Part shown: positions 46,555 to 56,888 of the stretch, piece after piece
Layout: every line of letters starts with the position of its first letter
Numbering within the stretch: the stretch's first letter is position 1
Source of the DNA: Bacilli bacterium
Lineage (GTDB): Bacteria > Bacillota_I > Bacilli_A > RFN20 > CAG-826
Assembly (NCBI GenBank): GCA_045597865.1
Contig: JAZLKX010000001.1
Coordinates: 1 to 64,000, forward strand
Direction of reading: 5' to 3'
Length of the DNA stretch: 64,000 nt
Program-made: the position numbers and the translations under genes
The notes under the pieces: model-generated
What the model saw: the letters and a program-made list of their open reading frames with translations, nothing else
Database searches by the model: none
Told to the model about the DNA's origin: nothing

Positions 46555-48043
46555 ATTGAGTTTCACGATTTTGCCACTTTATAAGTTCTTTGAACTTCAA
46601 TTTATTGATTAAATATATTAATTTGTTGAAGTTTTTTCTTTCTGCATCTTCCAGGAATGTTTGGTCTTCCTTTGGTATGGCCTAAAATCATTCTTACTCC
46701 TTCCTTTGCTCTATAAAGGTCGATTCCGTGATAGCCATATTTTTTCTCAATCATTTCTTCTTTTTCTAAATCAGTCAATGGTTGGTATACACTTTTGATT
46801 TTTAACCATAAGTTTTTGTTGCACTGAATAATGTGTGTCAAAAACGAAACACAAATATTTATACAAAAGAATAAGTTGTTTGTTGCAGCCAAACTTCTAA
46901 TCATATATTTTTCAAGTTCATATTCTTGTTTTATGAATCTAAAATATTCTTCAATTCGCCATCTTAATCGATAAGCTTTCAGAGCTTGAGTTATTCCTTC
47001 TTTAGATGAGCAATCAATATTGGTTAAGTATGCTCTAGTATCATTTTCGCAAAAAATTGTTTCGACAATAATCCAAAAATTTTCCTTAAAATCTTTATGG
47101 GTTACTTTGATTGCAGAAGCTTTTGCGTGAACGACATTTCCGTGTTTGTTTTTGTAAGTAAATTCATACTTTCCTTTGTAACGATCAAATATTTGAGAAA
47201 TAGTAAAAACGCCATGTTTTGTCGTGTATTTTCGCATTTCTTTAGCTCTAATTACGTAAAATTGCTGTTTTTCTCTTATGTATTCTGCATACAAACTTCC
47301 ATCGTATCCGCGATCAAAACTTAATGTTGCTATTTTTGGATTTTTAACAAATTTAAATATTCTATCAAGGTGTTGTTTCGTTTCTAATCCAACTGATTTG
47401 TAACCAGTTATTTGAGTGGAATAAATGTTTGTAACAAGCGGCAAAACAAAATTATCATCCGTCAATGTAACGATCCCAGTAACAGGAAAACCTTTCTCTC
47501 TTGGTTTGCCTTCTTTACTGGCATCATGAACATAAAATAAACCTTCAAAAACGTTTCCATAAGGTTTTGTTATATCGGTTTCATCAATCAAAATATTTGG
47601 ATTTGTTTTTGCTTCGTTATTTAAAATAAAATCCCAATAATTTTCTTTTACTAATTTTAAATCAATTTCAATAAGGTTTTTAGTTAAACGGTTTTCGGTT
47701 ACGTGAATATTTTCTTCAAATAAATATCTTCCGATTTTTGAAATTTTTGTACTTCCAGAAGATAGAATTCCCCAAACCATATCATAAATAAATTTTGTGG
47801 TCTTTCGATCGATATCTACCAAAATATTACCTAAAAGGTAATTTGATAATTCGACTTTTAAATCACGAACCAGGTTGTTAAAATTAATCATAGCAAAAGC
47901 TCCATTTGGTTTTGATTTCAATGAATCTTGGCGGACTCATAAAAATTATCCCAAAAAGGGGCTTTTTTGAAAGAAAAATCAAACTTTTTTAAATTTTTAC
48001 TTTGTAAAATACCAGACAATTGTCAAAAATCGTGAAACTCAAT
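46555..48043 (-). mobile_element. IS4-family insertion sequence with 13-bp target duplication
   Basis: Terminal IR ATTGAGTTTCACGATTTT / AAAATCGTGAAACTCAAT; AATATAATTGATA at 46542-46554 and 48044-48056. Confidence 0.92.
46602..47891 (-). CDS. DDE transposase, IS4 family
   Basis: LIDETD, FDRGYD, YRLRWRIEEYFRFIK (YREK motif); ATG 47891 follows GGAG. Confidence 0.9.
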   Translation of the reverse strand: MINFNNLVRDLKVELSNYLLGNILVDIDRKTTKFIYDMVWGILSSGSTKISKIGRYLFEENIHVTENRLTKNLIEIDLKLVKENYWDFILNNEAKTNPNILIDETDITKPYGNVFEGLFYVHDASKEGKPREKGFPVTGIVTLTDDNFVLPLVTNIYSTQITGYKSVGLETKQHLDRIFKFVKNPKIATLSFDRGYDGSLYAEYIREKQQFYVIRAKEMRKYTTKHGVFTISQIFDRYKGKYEFTYKNKHGNVVHAKASAIKVTHKDFKENFWIIVETIFCENDTRAYLTNIDCSSKEGITQALKAYRLRWRIEEYFRFIKQEYELEKYMIRSLAATNNLFFCINICVSFLTHIIQCNKNLWLKIKSVYQPLTDLEKEEMIEKKYGYHGIDLYRAKEGVRMILGHTKGRPNIPGRCRKKKLQQINIFNQ

Positions 48044-48086
48044 AATATAATTGATATATTTTTTAAATAACATTAAAATACTAGTT

Positions 48087-49820
48087 ATGCTAAAAAAAGT
48101 TAGGTATTTATTATCAAAAAAGGATAAGAAGAATTTAGTTTTTATTTTTTGCGTGATTCTTATTTCTGCTTTTCTAGATTTAGTTGGTGTATCTGCAATT
48201 TTGCCAATTATAGAATTGTTAGAAAAAGGAAATTCTGTAATTGATAGCAATAAGTATTTATCAATCATTAACAATATTTTTAATTTGAATTACGATTCTA
48301 AAAATCTTTGTTTAGTTTCACTAGCTATAATGAGTGTATTTTTCATTGTAAAGAGTTGCTACGCTTTATTTTCAGTTTATGTTATCAACAGATTTACAAT
48401 GAACTATTCTAGAAAACTTACAAAGAAATTAATGACTGCTTATCTATTATTCCCGTATGAATTTCACTTAGACAACAACTCTTCTGTTTTAATTAGAAAA
48501 TCTACCTATGATGTAACGAATTTTACTGAAGCAGTTACTCAGATTTTGAATTTTATTGTTAAGATTGTTTCGGCGACAGCTATCATTGTATTCTTGTTTG
48601 TAAAAGATTGGAGAGTTACCTCAATTTTAGCTGGTTTATTGGTTATTTTTTCAATTTTTATTCTCACTATTATTAAACCTAAATCTAAAAAGATTGGTAG
48701 ACAGTTGCAACAATTTAATTCACAAAATTATAAATATTTATCTCAAGCTTTTAATGGTATTAAAGAGAGCAAAATTTCGAATTCAGAATCATATTTTATT
48801 AATGAATATGATAGAAATAGAGTTAAAATCAATAACTTATCTTTAAAAAGAATTGTATTAAATAATATCCCATCACAAACCATTGATTTGATCGGAATGG
48901 TTGGAGTTTGCATTGCATTAGGTGTTGTAATTTTACTTGGTGTTGAGGCTTCTGACATTGTTATTACTTTCTCGATGTTTGTTTATGCAGTAATCAAATT
49001 ATTACCTGCAGTTACGACGATAACTTCCACAATTAATCACCTTCAATTTTATGAAGTGTCTATTTCTAGTTTGTATGATGATATCATACAATCTGAAAAT
49101 GAATCTTTTATTGAAAAAAGCGGTGGTGATGTTAAACAATTGCTTTTTAATGATGCAATAGAAGTTCAAAACGTTGACTTCTTTTATAGTTCCATTCCTG
49201 ATAGAAACGTATTAAATAATGTTTCCTTTAAAATTTCCAAAAACACGTCTGTTGCTATTAGTGGTGTTTCGGGTGCCGGCAAGACTACAATGGTAGATTT
49301 AATTTTAGGTTTACTTCCTTGTCGCAAAGGAAAAATTCTATGCGATGGTGTAGACATTTCTTCGAATATGCGAGGATGGAGAAAAAATATTTCATACATT
49401 CCACAAAATATTTACTTATGTGATGACACTATTCGTAGTAATGTTGCTTTCGGAATAAAAAAGAACAACATAGACGACAATATGGTTTGGGATGCTTTAG
49501 AAAAAGCACAACTTAAGGAATATGTTAAAGGACTGCCAAACGGTCTTGATACAGTCATTGGTGAGCGCGGCGTTAGAATGTCAGGCGGACAAAGACAAAG
49601 AATTGGTATTGCCAGAGCATTTTATAGAAATACTAATATTATTGTTTTTGATGAAGCCACATCTGCACTTGATTATGAAACAGAAAAGAGTATTTTAGAA
49701 CACGTTTCACAATATTCAGTTGATCACACTTTAATTATTATTACTCATAGACTTAATACTATTGAAACTTGCGATTCAATTTTTAAAGTTGAAAATGGTG
49801 GCGTTACACAAATTAAATAA
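48087..49820 (+). CDS. ABC transporter (TMD+NBD), probable glycan flippase/exporter
   Basis: GVSGAGKTT, MSGGQRQRIGIARA, FDEATSALD, ITHR. Confidence 0.9.
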   Translation: MLKKVRYLLSKKDKKNLVFIFCVILISAFLDLVGVSAILPIIELLEKGNSVIDSNKYLSIINNIFNLNYDSKNLCLVSLAIMSVFFIVKSCYALFSVYVINRFTMNYSRKLTKKLMTAYLLFPYEFHLDNNSSVLIRKSTYDVTNFTEAVTQILNFIVKIVSATAIIVFLFVKDWRVTSILAGLLVIFSIFILTIIKPKSKKIGRQLQQFNSQNYKYLSQAFNGIKESKISNSESYFINEYDRNRVKINNLSLKRIVLNNIPSQTIDLIGMVGVCIALGVVILLGVEASDIVITFSMFVYAVIKLLPAVTTITSTINHLQFYEVSISSLYDDIIQSENESFIEKSGGDVKQLLFNDAIEVQNVDFFYSSIPDRNVLNNVSFKISKNTSVAISGVSGAGKTTMVDLILGLLPCRKGKILCDGVDISSNMRGWRKNISYIPQNIYLCDDTIRSNVAFGIKKNNIDDNMVWDALEKAQLKEYVKGLPNGLDTVIGERGVRMSGGQRQRIGIARAFYRNTNIIVFDEATSALDYETEKSILEHVSQYSVDHTLIIITHRLNTIETCDSIFKVENGGVTQIK

Positions 49821-49829
49821 AAGGTTATC

Positions 49830-50612
49830 TTGATGCAAGAATTATCTTTGAATGAAGAAAAATCCATTGTCCTTGAAATACTTGATGAATTTCATAATTT
49901 TTGTAATAAAAATAATTTAAAGTATTCTTTATTTTACGGATCTTTGCTTGGTGCCATAAGGCATGAAGGATTTATCCCATGGGATGATGATATTGATGTT
50001 GTAATGCCAAGAGAAGATTATGATTTTTTTGTTAAAAATTACAAGAATGATAGATTTGAAGTTTTTTATTCAAAAACCAAAAACTTCTTTTTACCAAGTG
50101 CAAAAATGTTCGATAAACAAACTCTTAAAATTGAAAATGTTAAAGTAAGTAAAAAATTCGAAATTGGTTTAGATATAGATATATTTCCAATTGATTATAT
50201 TTCAAATATCGATGAATATGAAAAAATCCAAAAGAAAAAAAGAATTTGGATGAATTTAAAAATTCTTGCTTTTTATCCTCCTAAATCTAATAAAAACATT
50301 TTATTTAAATTGCTAGTGGCTGTAGCTCGTCCTTTTGGAAATTTGGCTGTTAGGAAAATAGATAGAATTGGTCAGAAATATAATAAAAAACAGCACAATT
50401 ATTGCATTGCAAATCCTATGTTTGGAAAAGAGAAGCTTATTTTCCCTATTGATATGTTTTCTGATTTAACTCTTCATAAATTTGCGAATAAAGAATTTTT
50501 AATTTCTAGTAAATATGATGAAATATTAAAAATAAGATATGGCGAGTATATGAAATTGCCACCAAAAGAAAACCAGGTGACCCACCATTCATTTAGTTGC
50601 TACAAAAAATAA
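49830..50612 (+). CDS. licD: LicD-family phosphotransferase
   Basis: GSLLGAIRHEGFIPWDDDID, IDIFPID. Confidence 0.9.
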   Translation: MMQELSLNEEKSIVLEILDEFHNFCNKNNLKYSLFYGSLLGAIRHEGFIPWDDDIDVVMPREDYDFFVKNYKNDRFEVFYSKTKNFFLPSAKMFDKQTLKIENVKVSKKFEIGLDIDIFPIDYISNIDEYEKIQKKKRIWMNLKILAFYPPKSNKNILFKLLVAVARPFGNLAVRKIDRIGQKYNKKQHNYCIANPMFGKEKLIFPIDMFSDLTLHKFANKEFLISSKYDEILKIRYGEYMKLPPKENQVTHHSFSCYKK

Positions 50613-50613
50613 T

Positions 50614-51753
50614 TTAATTTCTTTTTAAAATCTTTTTTACAAATCTTTTAATTTTATTTGCCAAAGTATCATTTTTTTGGACAAAATAATTTTTTAAACA
50701 TTTATTTTTATCTTCAAAATAATTATTCCAGAAAGTATCATAGCCAGCGCTTTTCTTAATCGGATACTGAAGCTGCGGTTGTAATACAGATGTTAAATTA
50801 ATTTCCTTTTTAATTCCAAATTCAAGATTGTTCATTAACATATTTGCTTTTTCTGTATGAACCATAAGAAGTGATAATCCATTATTGTCATCCAATTCAG
50901 GAAAAACTTTTTCAATTCCCCAACAATCTGCAATTGTAAAATCACATTCTCTTAATGCGGTGGTGTATGGGCAATGATAACACGATTCCCTCATAATTTT
51001 GTGTGAGTAGAATGCATTTGCCCAATTGTCTAACATTATTTTCTTGTTATTATTGAAAACAAATGATTCTTTGTGGACATGCCATCCAAGGCTTTTGTCT
51101 CTAAAATTAACCTTTATGATTTCTTTATGATATTTATGTTCAATATATTTTATATAATCGCCCCAAAGCTGTTGAGAAGGAACGCCGTGGCATATTATTC
51201 CGGCGGTAATTAAATTATCAATGTTTGTATTAGTAATTTTGAGGTAATTAATTAAAGAATGAACTTGGCACGGAGTTCCTGTGTATAAAACAAGTGAACC
51301 ATTATTGAGTAATTCCTTACATTCTTTAAAAGTGCTTTTCAAATCTGATTGTACGTATTTTGACCCCTTTAACTTGTCAACCTGTTCTTTAGTTTCGCAT
51401 TTAACGTGATTTATTGTTAGTTTATTTAACAAACTAGCACCAAATACGCATCCTTTTTTATTTATAACGTAATCGCTTAAAATTTTAAAAGCGGCACCAG
51501 ACTGACTTGTTTTTACTTCATTTATATCTTTGTGCCTAACAACATATGATTTAATAAAAGATCCAGAAGCGTCGAATTTTCTAAAATCGCAGGCTTTTTC
51601 ACACAGATTACAATGCGTGCATTTTGTTGAATCAACATCAGGATAGTAAAACCCTTTTTTGTCTTTTTTTAAACTTAGTGCATTAACAGGGCAAATTTGT
51701 ACACATGAGCCGCATCCGCAGCATTTATCTTTGTTAAAATTATCTAAAATCAT
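50614..51753 (-). CDS. 4Fe-4S / FrhB-like (F420 hydrogenase beta C-terminal domain) protein
   Basis: CCGCGSC...CP, CTHCNLC, SQSGA, GSKYVQS, GTPCQ, CHGVPS, RESCYHC. Confidence 0.85.
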   Translation of the reverse strand: MILDNFNKDKCCGCGSCVQICPVNALSLKKDKKGFYYPDVDSTKCTHCNLCEKACDFRKFDASGSFIKSYVVRHKDINEVKTSQSGAAFKILSDYVINKKGCVFGASLLNKLTINHVKCETKEQVDKLKGSKYVQSDLKSTFKECKELLNNGSLVLYTGTPCQVHSLINYLKITNTNIDNLITAGIICHGVPSQQLWGDYIKYIEHKYHKEIIKVNFRDKSLGWHVHKESFVFNNNKKIMLDNWANAFYSHKIMRESCYHCPYTTALRECDFTIADCWGIEKVFPELDDNNGLSLLMVHTEKANMLMNNLEFGIKKEINLTSVLQPQLQYPIKKSAGYDTFWNNYFEDKNKCLKNYFVQKNDTLANKIKRFVKKILKRN

Positions 51754-51755
51754 AA

Positions 51756-52838
51756 TTATTCAATGTCTTTTTTAAGTATTTTTAATGATGAGTTTTTATA
51801 ATCATTCATTTTCTTATTAATTGAGGCCCAATCTATGTTGCTATAGCCAACATCTTCAAAATTTTTGGATGTAATTTCTCTATTACCTATGTTTAAGTGT
51901 TCAATTAAATTTCTTATTCTTCCATTCATCATCTCATATTTTGGATTCATTTCAAAATAGAATGGTTTGTTATAAATCAAGCTTAATGCTAAACCGTGGA
52001 ATGATGTTGTTATAACTAATTCAGCATTGTTTAATAATGATAGGAATTGAAGAGGACCTGTAGAATTAATATTTTTGTATTTTCCAGGTAAAATTTTAGA
52101 ATTAAATGCATTATAAAAAACAACATCTAAATTGTATTTGCTTGATATTGAATTAATAAAACTAACTGAGTTAATTGGATCAAGTATAAAGTAAACTAAG
52201 ATATATTTTTTTGATTTTTTTCTTAATGGAGTAATTTTTAGCCACTCTTCTTTTGATAGTAAAAATACAGGGTCGCAACAGCAAACACAGTTTTTAAATC
52301 CCATCTTCTCTAGTTGAGGAATTCTTTCTTTTTCTCTGACATTTATCAGATTAAATTTTGATAATTCCTGGGAAATCCTAGGGTTTTTTAAATCATCACT
52401 GCCAAAGCTTGCAGCATATGATCTTCTCTTTTGTGGTTCTACTATGTCTAAATAATAGTGGAAATCATTTTTTGTAATATTTGTGTTCCAAACCTGATCA
52501 CTTCCACAAACAATGGAATCATATTTGCTATTGATTTGATCTATATCGGAATCAAAGTATGTAGGACTTAAATTTAGAAAAGAGTTTCTGAATTTTTTAT
52601 AATTTCTATTTGTTTTTATTCTTCCTGATTCTACTTTTGGATGTAATATGAATTTTACTGTATCCTTTGCAAAACGAATAAGGCCTTTTTTCCTATTGGA
52701 TTTAAAAGCAATACTTCTATAGTCTATGATTTCTGAAGTTTGGTATTTGGAAATAGTATTATGCAAAGCATAAGCTTGCAATAACGCCCCAGTATTTGTT
52801 GCTTGATGAAATGTTAGTATTCCTATTTTCTTATTCAT
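51756..52838 (-). CDS. Polysaccharide pyruvyl transferase family protein
   Basis: NTGALLQAYAL, GSDQVWN, SYAASFG, VRE, DPVFLL, TSFHG. Confidence 0.9.
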   Translation of the reverse strand: MNKKIGILTFHQATNTGALLQAYALHNTISKYQTSEIIDYRSIAFKSNRKKGLIRFAKDTVKFILHPKVESGRIKTNRNYKKFRNSFLNLSPTYFDSDIDQINSKYDSIVCGSDQVWNTNITKNDFHYYLDIVEPQKRRSYAASFGSDDLKNPRISQELSKFNLINVREKERIPQLEKMGFKNCVCCCDPVFLLSKEEWLKITPLRKKSKKYILVYFILDPINSVSFINSISSKYNLDVVFYNAFNSKILPGKYKNINSTGPLQFLSLLNNAELVITTSFHGLALSLIYNKPFYFEMNPKYEMMNGRIRNLIEHLNIGNREITSKNFEDVGYSNIDWASINKKMNDYKNSSLKILKKDIE

Positions 52839-52853
52839 ATATTAAACAACCTT

Positions 52854-53543
52854 TCATTTTCTTTTCTTCAAGGATTTGTTTATAAACTTAACATAGTTGA
52901 ATTGATCTAAATATGTTTTTATTCTTGTGCTTGGTGTATGCGAACCAACCTTTATGTTTTCGCTTGGTACTTTAAAAGAAAACACATTTTTATATTTTGA
53001 AACATCTGTGTTTCTTAAGAAAATAACAAATGGATATTTAACATCTTGAAAGTCTTCAATATATTTATCTTGATTGATATGCGGAAATGGCGGAAATGAA
53101 AGATCGAAAATTACAATTGTTTTATCTTTGATAATTCTCTTCTTTCTTCCTTCCCATTTTTTATAAACATATTCGAAAGATGAATCATGAATAAAATGAA
53201 TTGTAAGAATAGGATATTTTTTATTATCCGGAATTAAAAGGCCTATAGGAAAATCAATAGAATTTTCCTTATCATGCACAAGATTCGCTTTTTGGGTATA
53301 CAAATCTAAATTGTGTACAAAACAAACGTAGTCTTCATCCTTTGGAAAATAGAAGTTTATTGTTGGAGAATTAAATTTTAATCCTAGGCGATGGTAAATG
53401 ATGCCTCCAGTACAATTGTTTGTTATTAAAGTAAAATTCTTTTCTTTTAACTTTAATTTTAAAAATGAAGTATATAAAAAACGAACGAATTTAATTTCGT
53501 TTCTATTGAGAAACTTTAAAAATCTAATAAATTTATTTTCCAT
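52854..53543 (-). CDS. DUF1919 (exopolysaccharide biosynthesis) protein
   Basis: ITNNCTGGIIYHRLGLKFNSPTIN, IHFIH, KWEGRKKRI. Confidence 0.85.
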   Translation of the reverse strand: MENKFIRFLKFLNRNEIKFVRFLYTSFLKLKLKEKNFTLITNNCTGGIIYHRLGLKFNSPTINFYFPKDEDYVCFVHNLDLYTQKANLVHDKENSIDFPIGLLIPDNKKYPILTIHFIHDSSFEYVYKKWEGRKKRIIKDKTIVIFDLSFPPFPHINQDKYIEDFQDVKYPFVIFLRNTDVSKYKNVFSFKVPSENIKVGSHTPSTRIKTYLDQFNYVKFINKSLKKRK

Positions 53544-54585
53544 TACTTAATAACCAATTATATACATCTTTCGACCATTCATCTAATGAATATTTTTTAA
53601 CAAGATTTTCTTTAAATTTTGTTGATTCGATTCCTTCAGTTAATGCATCATAATTGCACAATAATTTATGCATTTCCATCGCAAGACTTTTTGGATTTTG
53701 CGTTTTAAATTTGAACGAAAATTCATCATTATGTCTTTGCTCAGGAATATCAGAAAAGATAACAGGTGTTCCGCAATAAATTGATTCTACAATTGAATAG
53801 CAGAACGCTTCTTTTCTGCTTGGTGAAATAAAAATTTTATGTTCTTTATAAACTTTTGAAGGATTGCCTGATGAATAGATAACATTTATGTCACAATTTG
53901 GGAATTTTGCAGAAATCCCACGTGAATCCTCAATATTTTTAGAACAATAGATATCTAGTTTAACATTTAAATTAAATTGCTTTCTCAAATAATTAATGGC
54001 TTCACAGGCAATATCGACGCCTTTAATTTTCCAATCATATCCAAACATAGCAACTCCATTTTTTGATGATGCAATATTTTCATTAAATCTAGAAAAATCA
54101 ACTGCGTTTCTTACAACGTGAATGCTTTTGTGTTTAATAAAAGGTCTAAAAAATTTAATTAAAGGTTTTGATGCACAGATAACATGTAGATTAGAAGGCT
54201 TTCTTCTTTTCTTTATATTTAATTTTAGTAGTTGGAAATTAGTGAAATAAAGCTGTCCATGCGCGTGAAAATAAAATAAAGTAGATTTGTGCTTAAACGA
54301 AAGAGAGGTAACTGGCGCAACCGACAAGAAATGGCACCAACAAATATCTGGTTTATTTTCATTTATTGTTTTTTCAAACTCAGATTCAGAAAAATCTATA
54401 AAGATAACTTTTTTGTTTTTTGAAAATTCAGACATCCATTTTTGGTAATCCGGATTAGAAGATTTCGGAAAAACATAAATCATTTCAACTTTTGTATTAT
54501 AAAGTTTATGAAAAGACTCAAGCGAAGCAATAAAAGAACCTGAATACGTGTTTGCAAAGTTAGCTATTACTAGAATTTTCTTCAT
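53533..54585 (-). CDS. Glycosyltransferase family 4
   Basis: VRNAVD, IKGVDIA, SPSRKEAFCYSIVES. Confidence 0.85.
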   Translation of the reverse strand: MKKILVIANFANTYSGSFIASLESFHKLYNTKVEMIYVFPKSSNPDYQKWMSEFSKNKKVIFIDFSESEFEKTINENKPDICWCHFLSVAPVTSLSFKHKSTLFYFHAHGQLYFTNFQLLKLNIKKRRKPSNLHVICASKPLIKFFRPFIKHKSIHVVRNAVDFSRFNENIASSKNGVAMFGYDWKIKGVDIACEAINYLRKQFNLNVKLDIYCSKNIEDSRGISAKFPNCDINVIYSSGNPSKVYKEHKIFISPSRKEAFCYSIVESIYCGTPVIFSDIPEQRHNDEFSFKFKTQNPKSLAMEMHKLLCNYDALTEGIESTKFKENLVKKYSLDEWSKDVYNWLLSNGK

Positions 54586-55451
54586 TTGTTTTTCCCAAAA
54601 ACTTTATTAAAACAATATTTTATAAACCATATTAATCTTTTAAATAAATATTTAATATAGTAAAAAATACCAAAAATACGAATACCATATTTCCAATACC
54701 TAATTCTATAATGTAATCTCCTGTCTGGTTTCCATGGTTTAGCAATGCCAGCATAATGAATGATTGATATTTTCTTACTTAAATATGACTTGTCATGAAT
54801 GAGATATAAAAGTGCAAATCTCATGTATTGGTCTGTTTCCCAACATGTTTTTTCTCCGTCAAAGAAAGTGTTCAAGAAATCTTGATCGCTTGCTCTAATT
54901 TCATATTTAACATTTTTTATTTCATTATTAAATGATTCAATGGTAGGAAATTTTTCAAGGAATAATTTAACATTAATCATAATTACTCCAGCGCATAAAT
55001 ATAAATCATCTTTTAGGCCGTATAACTGATTTCGTTCTTTTTGAATATCGAGAACTTCTTTTGTTCCAAGTAATGTGTAGGTTAATAATTTATCCGAATA
55101 ATAAAATTCAGTAATATCATCAACAACAATTGCGTCTCCATCAATATGAAAAATTCTATCAACATAGTCTGGTAAATAATATAAGCCAATAATTTTTAAA
55201 AGAACTTGATCAGACCATTTTCCAGTGATGCTTCCATCAATATGGTGTGGAACAACGATGCATTCGATTTTATCTTGCTTACGAATATATTTCTTTAAAA
55301 AAACAATGTCTTCATTCGGAAGTTTTTTATCATTATATTGAATTAAAAAGAAAACATTTTTTTCATCACTATGAGCATGCTTAGTAATTGAATAAAAAGT
55401 AACTGCAAGTGGTTTTACAAAGTTTCTATCGGTATCAACTATAAAATACAT
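54582..55451 (-). CDS. Glycosyltransferase family 8
   Basis: HIDGD, AGVIMIN, DQDFLN, IIHYAG.AKPW. Confidence 0.88.
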   Translation of the reverse strand: MYFIVDTDRNFVKPLAVTFYSITKHAHSDEKNVFFLIQYNDKKLPNEDIVFLKKYIRKQDKIECIVVPHHIDGSITGKWSDQVLLKIIGLYYLPDYVDRIFHIDGDAIVVDDITEFYYSDKLLTYTLLGTKEVLDIQKERNQLYGLKDDLYLCAGVIMINVKLFLEKFPTIESFNNEIKNVKYEIRASDQDFLNTFFDGEKTCWETDQYMRFALLYLIHDKSYLSKKISIIHYAGIAKPWKPDRRLHYRIRYWKYGIRIFGIFYYIKYLFKRLIWFIKYCFNKVFGKNK

Positions 55452-55526
55452 TATTTTATTATATTACATTATTTTTAATTTTAAAAGATATGTCGACATT
55501 AATAAAAATTAATGTATAATAAGTCT

Positions 55527-56381
55527 ATGCAAAATTCAATTAATTGTTTAATGTGTTTTGATAAGAAATATTCTTTTGGAGCATTGACTGCACTTTATTT
55601 TTTAATAAAAAATACTGATTTTGATGTTTTTAATATTTATTTAGAAACAGATATAAAGTTTAATAAAAAAGATATAAAAAAGATAAAATGCAGAAAGGTT
55701 GAAGTTAATTTAAATTATCTTGATTTAAATCATAATGTTTTTAGTAATTATTATGAATATAATAGAATGTCGTTATCATATTCTAAAATTTCGTCATTAT
55801 TTTTGTTGCCGTTTGATATTAATAAAATATTGTTTATTGATACTGATATGATAGTACAGAAAAATATAAGAACTTTTTATGAAAATGAAAATAACAAAAT
55901 TATTTCTGCTGTTAAGGATTGCGATGTGCTTCAAGAATTTGCAAAGTCATTGCCACTTAAACCTTTTAGCAATGAAACATATTTTAATGCAGGTTTATTT
56001 AAAATTGATTTAAATTTATTGCGTCAAAAATATGATTTGTCATCTATACTTTCAATTTTTGAACCTATAAAAAATAAACTTTTGCATCACGATCAAGACT
56101 TACTTAATATTTTGCTTCGTGATGATAAATTTGTTACAAATAATTATTTATATAATTATTATTTTTTAAATCCTTACAAGAAAGTTAAGAATTTGAAAGA
56201 ACTTTATGACGCTTATATTGTTCATTTTGTCGGTAATCCAAAACCTTGGTTTAAAAATTATACAAATCTATCATTAATGAAAATATTTTGGCTATATGGA
56301 AGACATATTAGTTTTACAAAGTTTGTGAAAGCATATGTTTATTCTTATCTTCATTTGATAAAAAGAAAGGTTTTTGGATAA
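55527..56381 (+). CDS. Glycosyltransferase family 8
   Basis: FIDTD, YFNAG, DQDLLN, IVHFVG.PKPW. Confidence 0.88.
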   Translation: MQNSINCLMCFDKKYSFGALTALYFLIKNTDFDVFNIYLETDIKFNKKDIKKIKCRKVEVNLNYLDLNHNVFSNYYEYNRMSLSYSKISSLFLLPFDINKILFIDTDMIVQKNIRTFYENENNKIISAVKDCDVLQEFAKSLPLKPFSNETYFNAGLFKIDLNLLRQKYDLSSILSIFEPIKNKLLHHDQDLLNILLRDDKFVTNNYLYNYYFLNPYKKVKNLKELYDAYIVHFVGNPKPWFKNYTNLSLMKIFWLYGRHISFTKFVKAYVYSYLHLIKRKVFG

Positions 56382-56474
56382 CGGGTAATAAGATAAAGGC
56401 TTTTTGCTGTATGAAGTGAAAATAATTACTTTTATTGATTATTTTTTATAGTATAATAAAAAAACGTATTGAGT

Positions 56475-56888
56475 ATGAAGAAATCTATTAGAGTTGTAAC
56501 ATTTGGTGTATTTGATTATTTCCATTACGGGCATTTAAAACTTTTTGAACAGTGCAAACAATACGGCAATTATCTAATTGTCGGTGTTCAAGATGATGCT
56601 GAAATATTAAAAAGAAAACCAAATCATCATATTTTTTATAATACGAATCAGAGAGTCGAAATTATTAAGAATTTAAGACTTGTTGACGAGGTTTTTGTAT
56701 CAAAACAAGTTGAATTAGATATTTCAAAGATTGATTTTGATGTACTTGCTTTAGGTGAAGATCAAAATCATGATGGCTTTAAATTTGCAATTGAATGGTG
56801 TAATAAAAACAACAAAAAAATTGTTTATCTAAAACGCACACAAGGAATTAGTTCCACATTAATTAAAGAAAATTTAGGAAAAAAATGA
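56475..56888 (+). CDS. Cytidylyltransferase (TagD-like)
   Basis: TFGVFDYFHYGH, RTQGISST. Confidence 0.88.
   Translation: MKKSIRVVTFGVFDYFHYGHLKLFEQCKQYGNYLIVGVQDDAEILKRKPNHHIFYNTNQRVEIIKNLRLVDEVFVSKQVELDISKIDFDVLALGEDQNHDGFKFAIEWCNKNNKKIVYLKRTQGISSTLIKENLGKK

Noticed and set aside
50614-55451. Invertible five-gene block in the capsule locus
   Set aside because: No inverted repeats at the ends (only 1 bp between the convergent stops) and no invertase.
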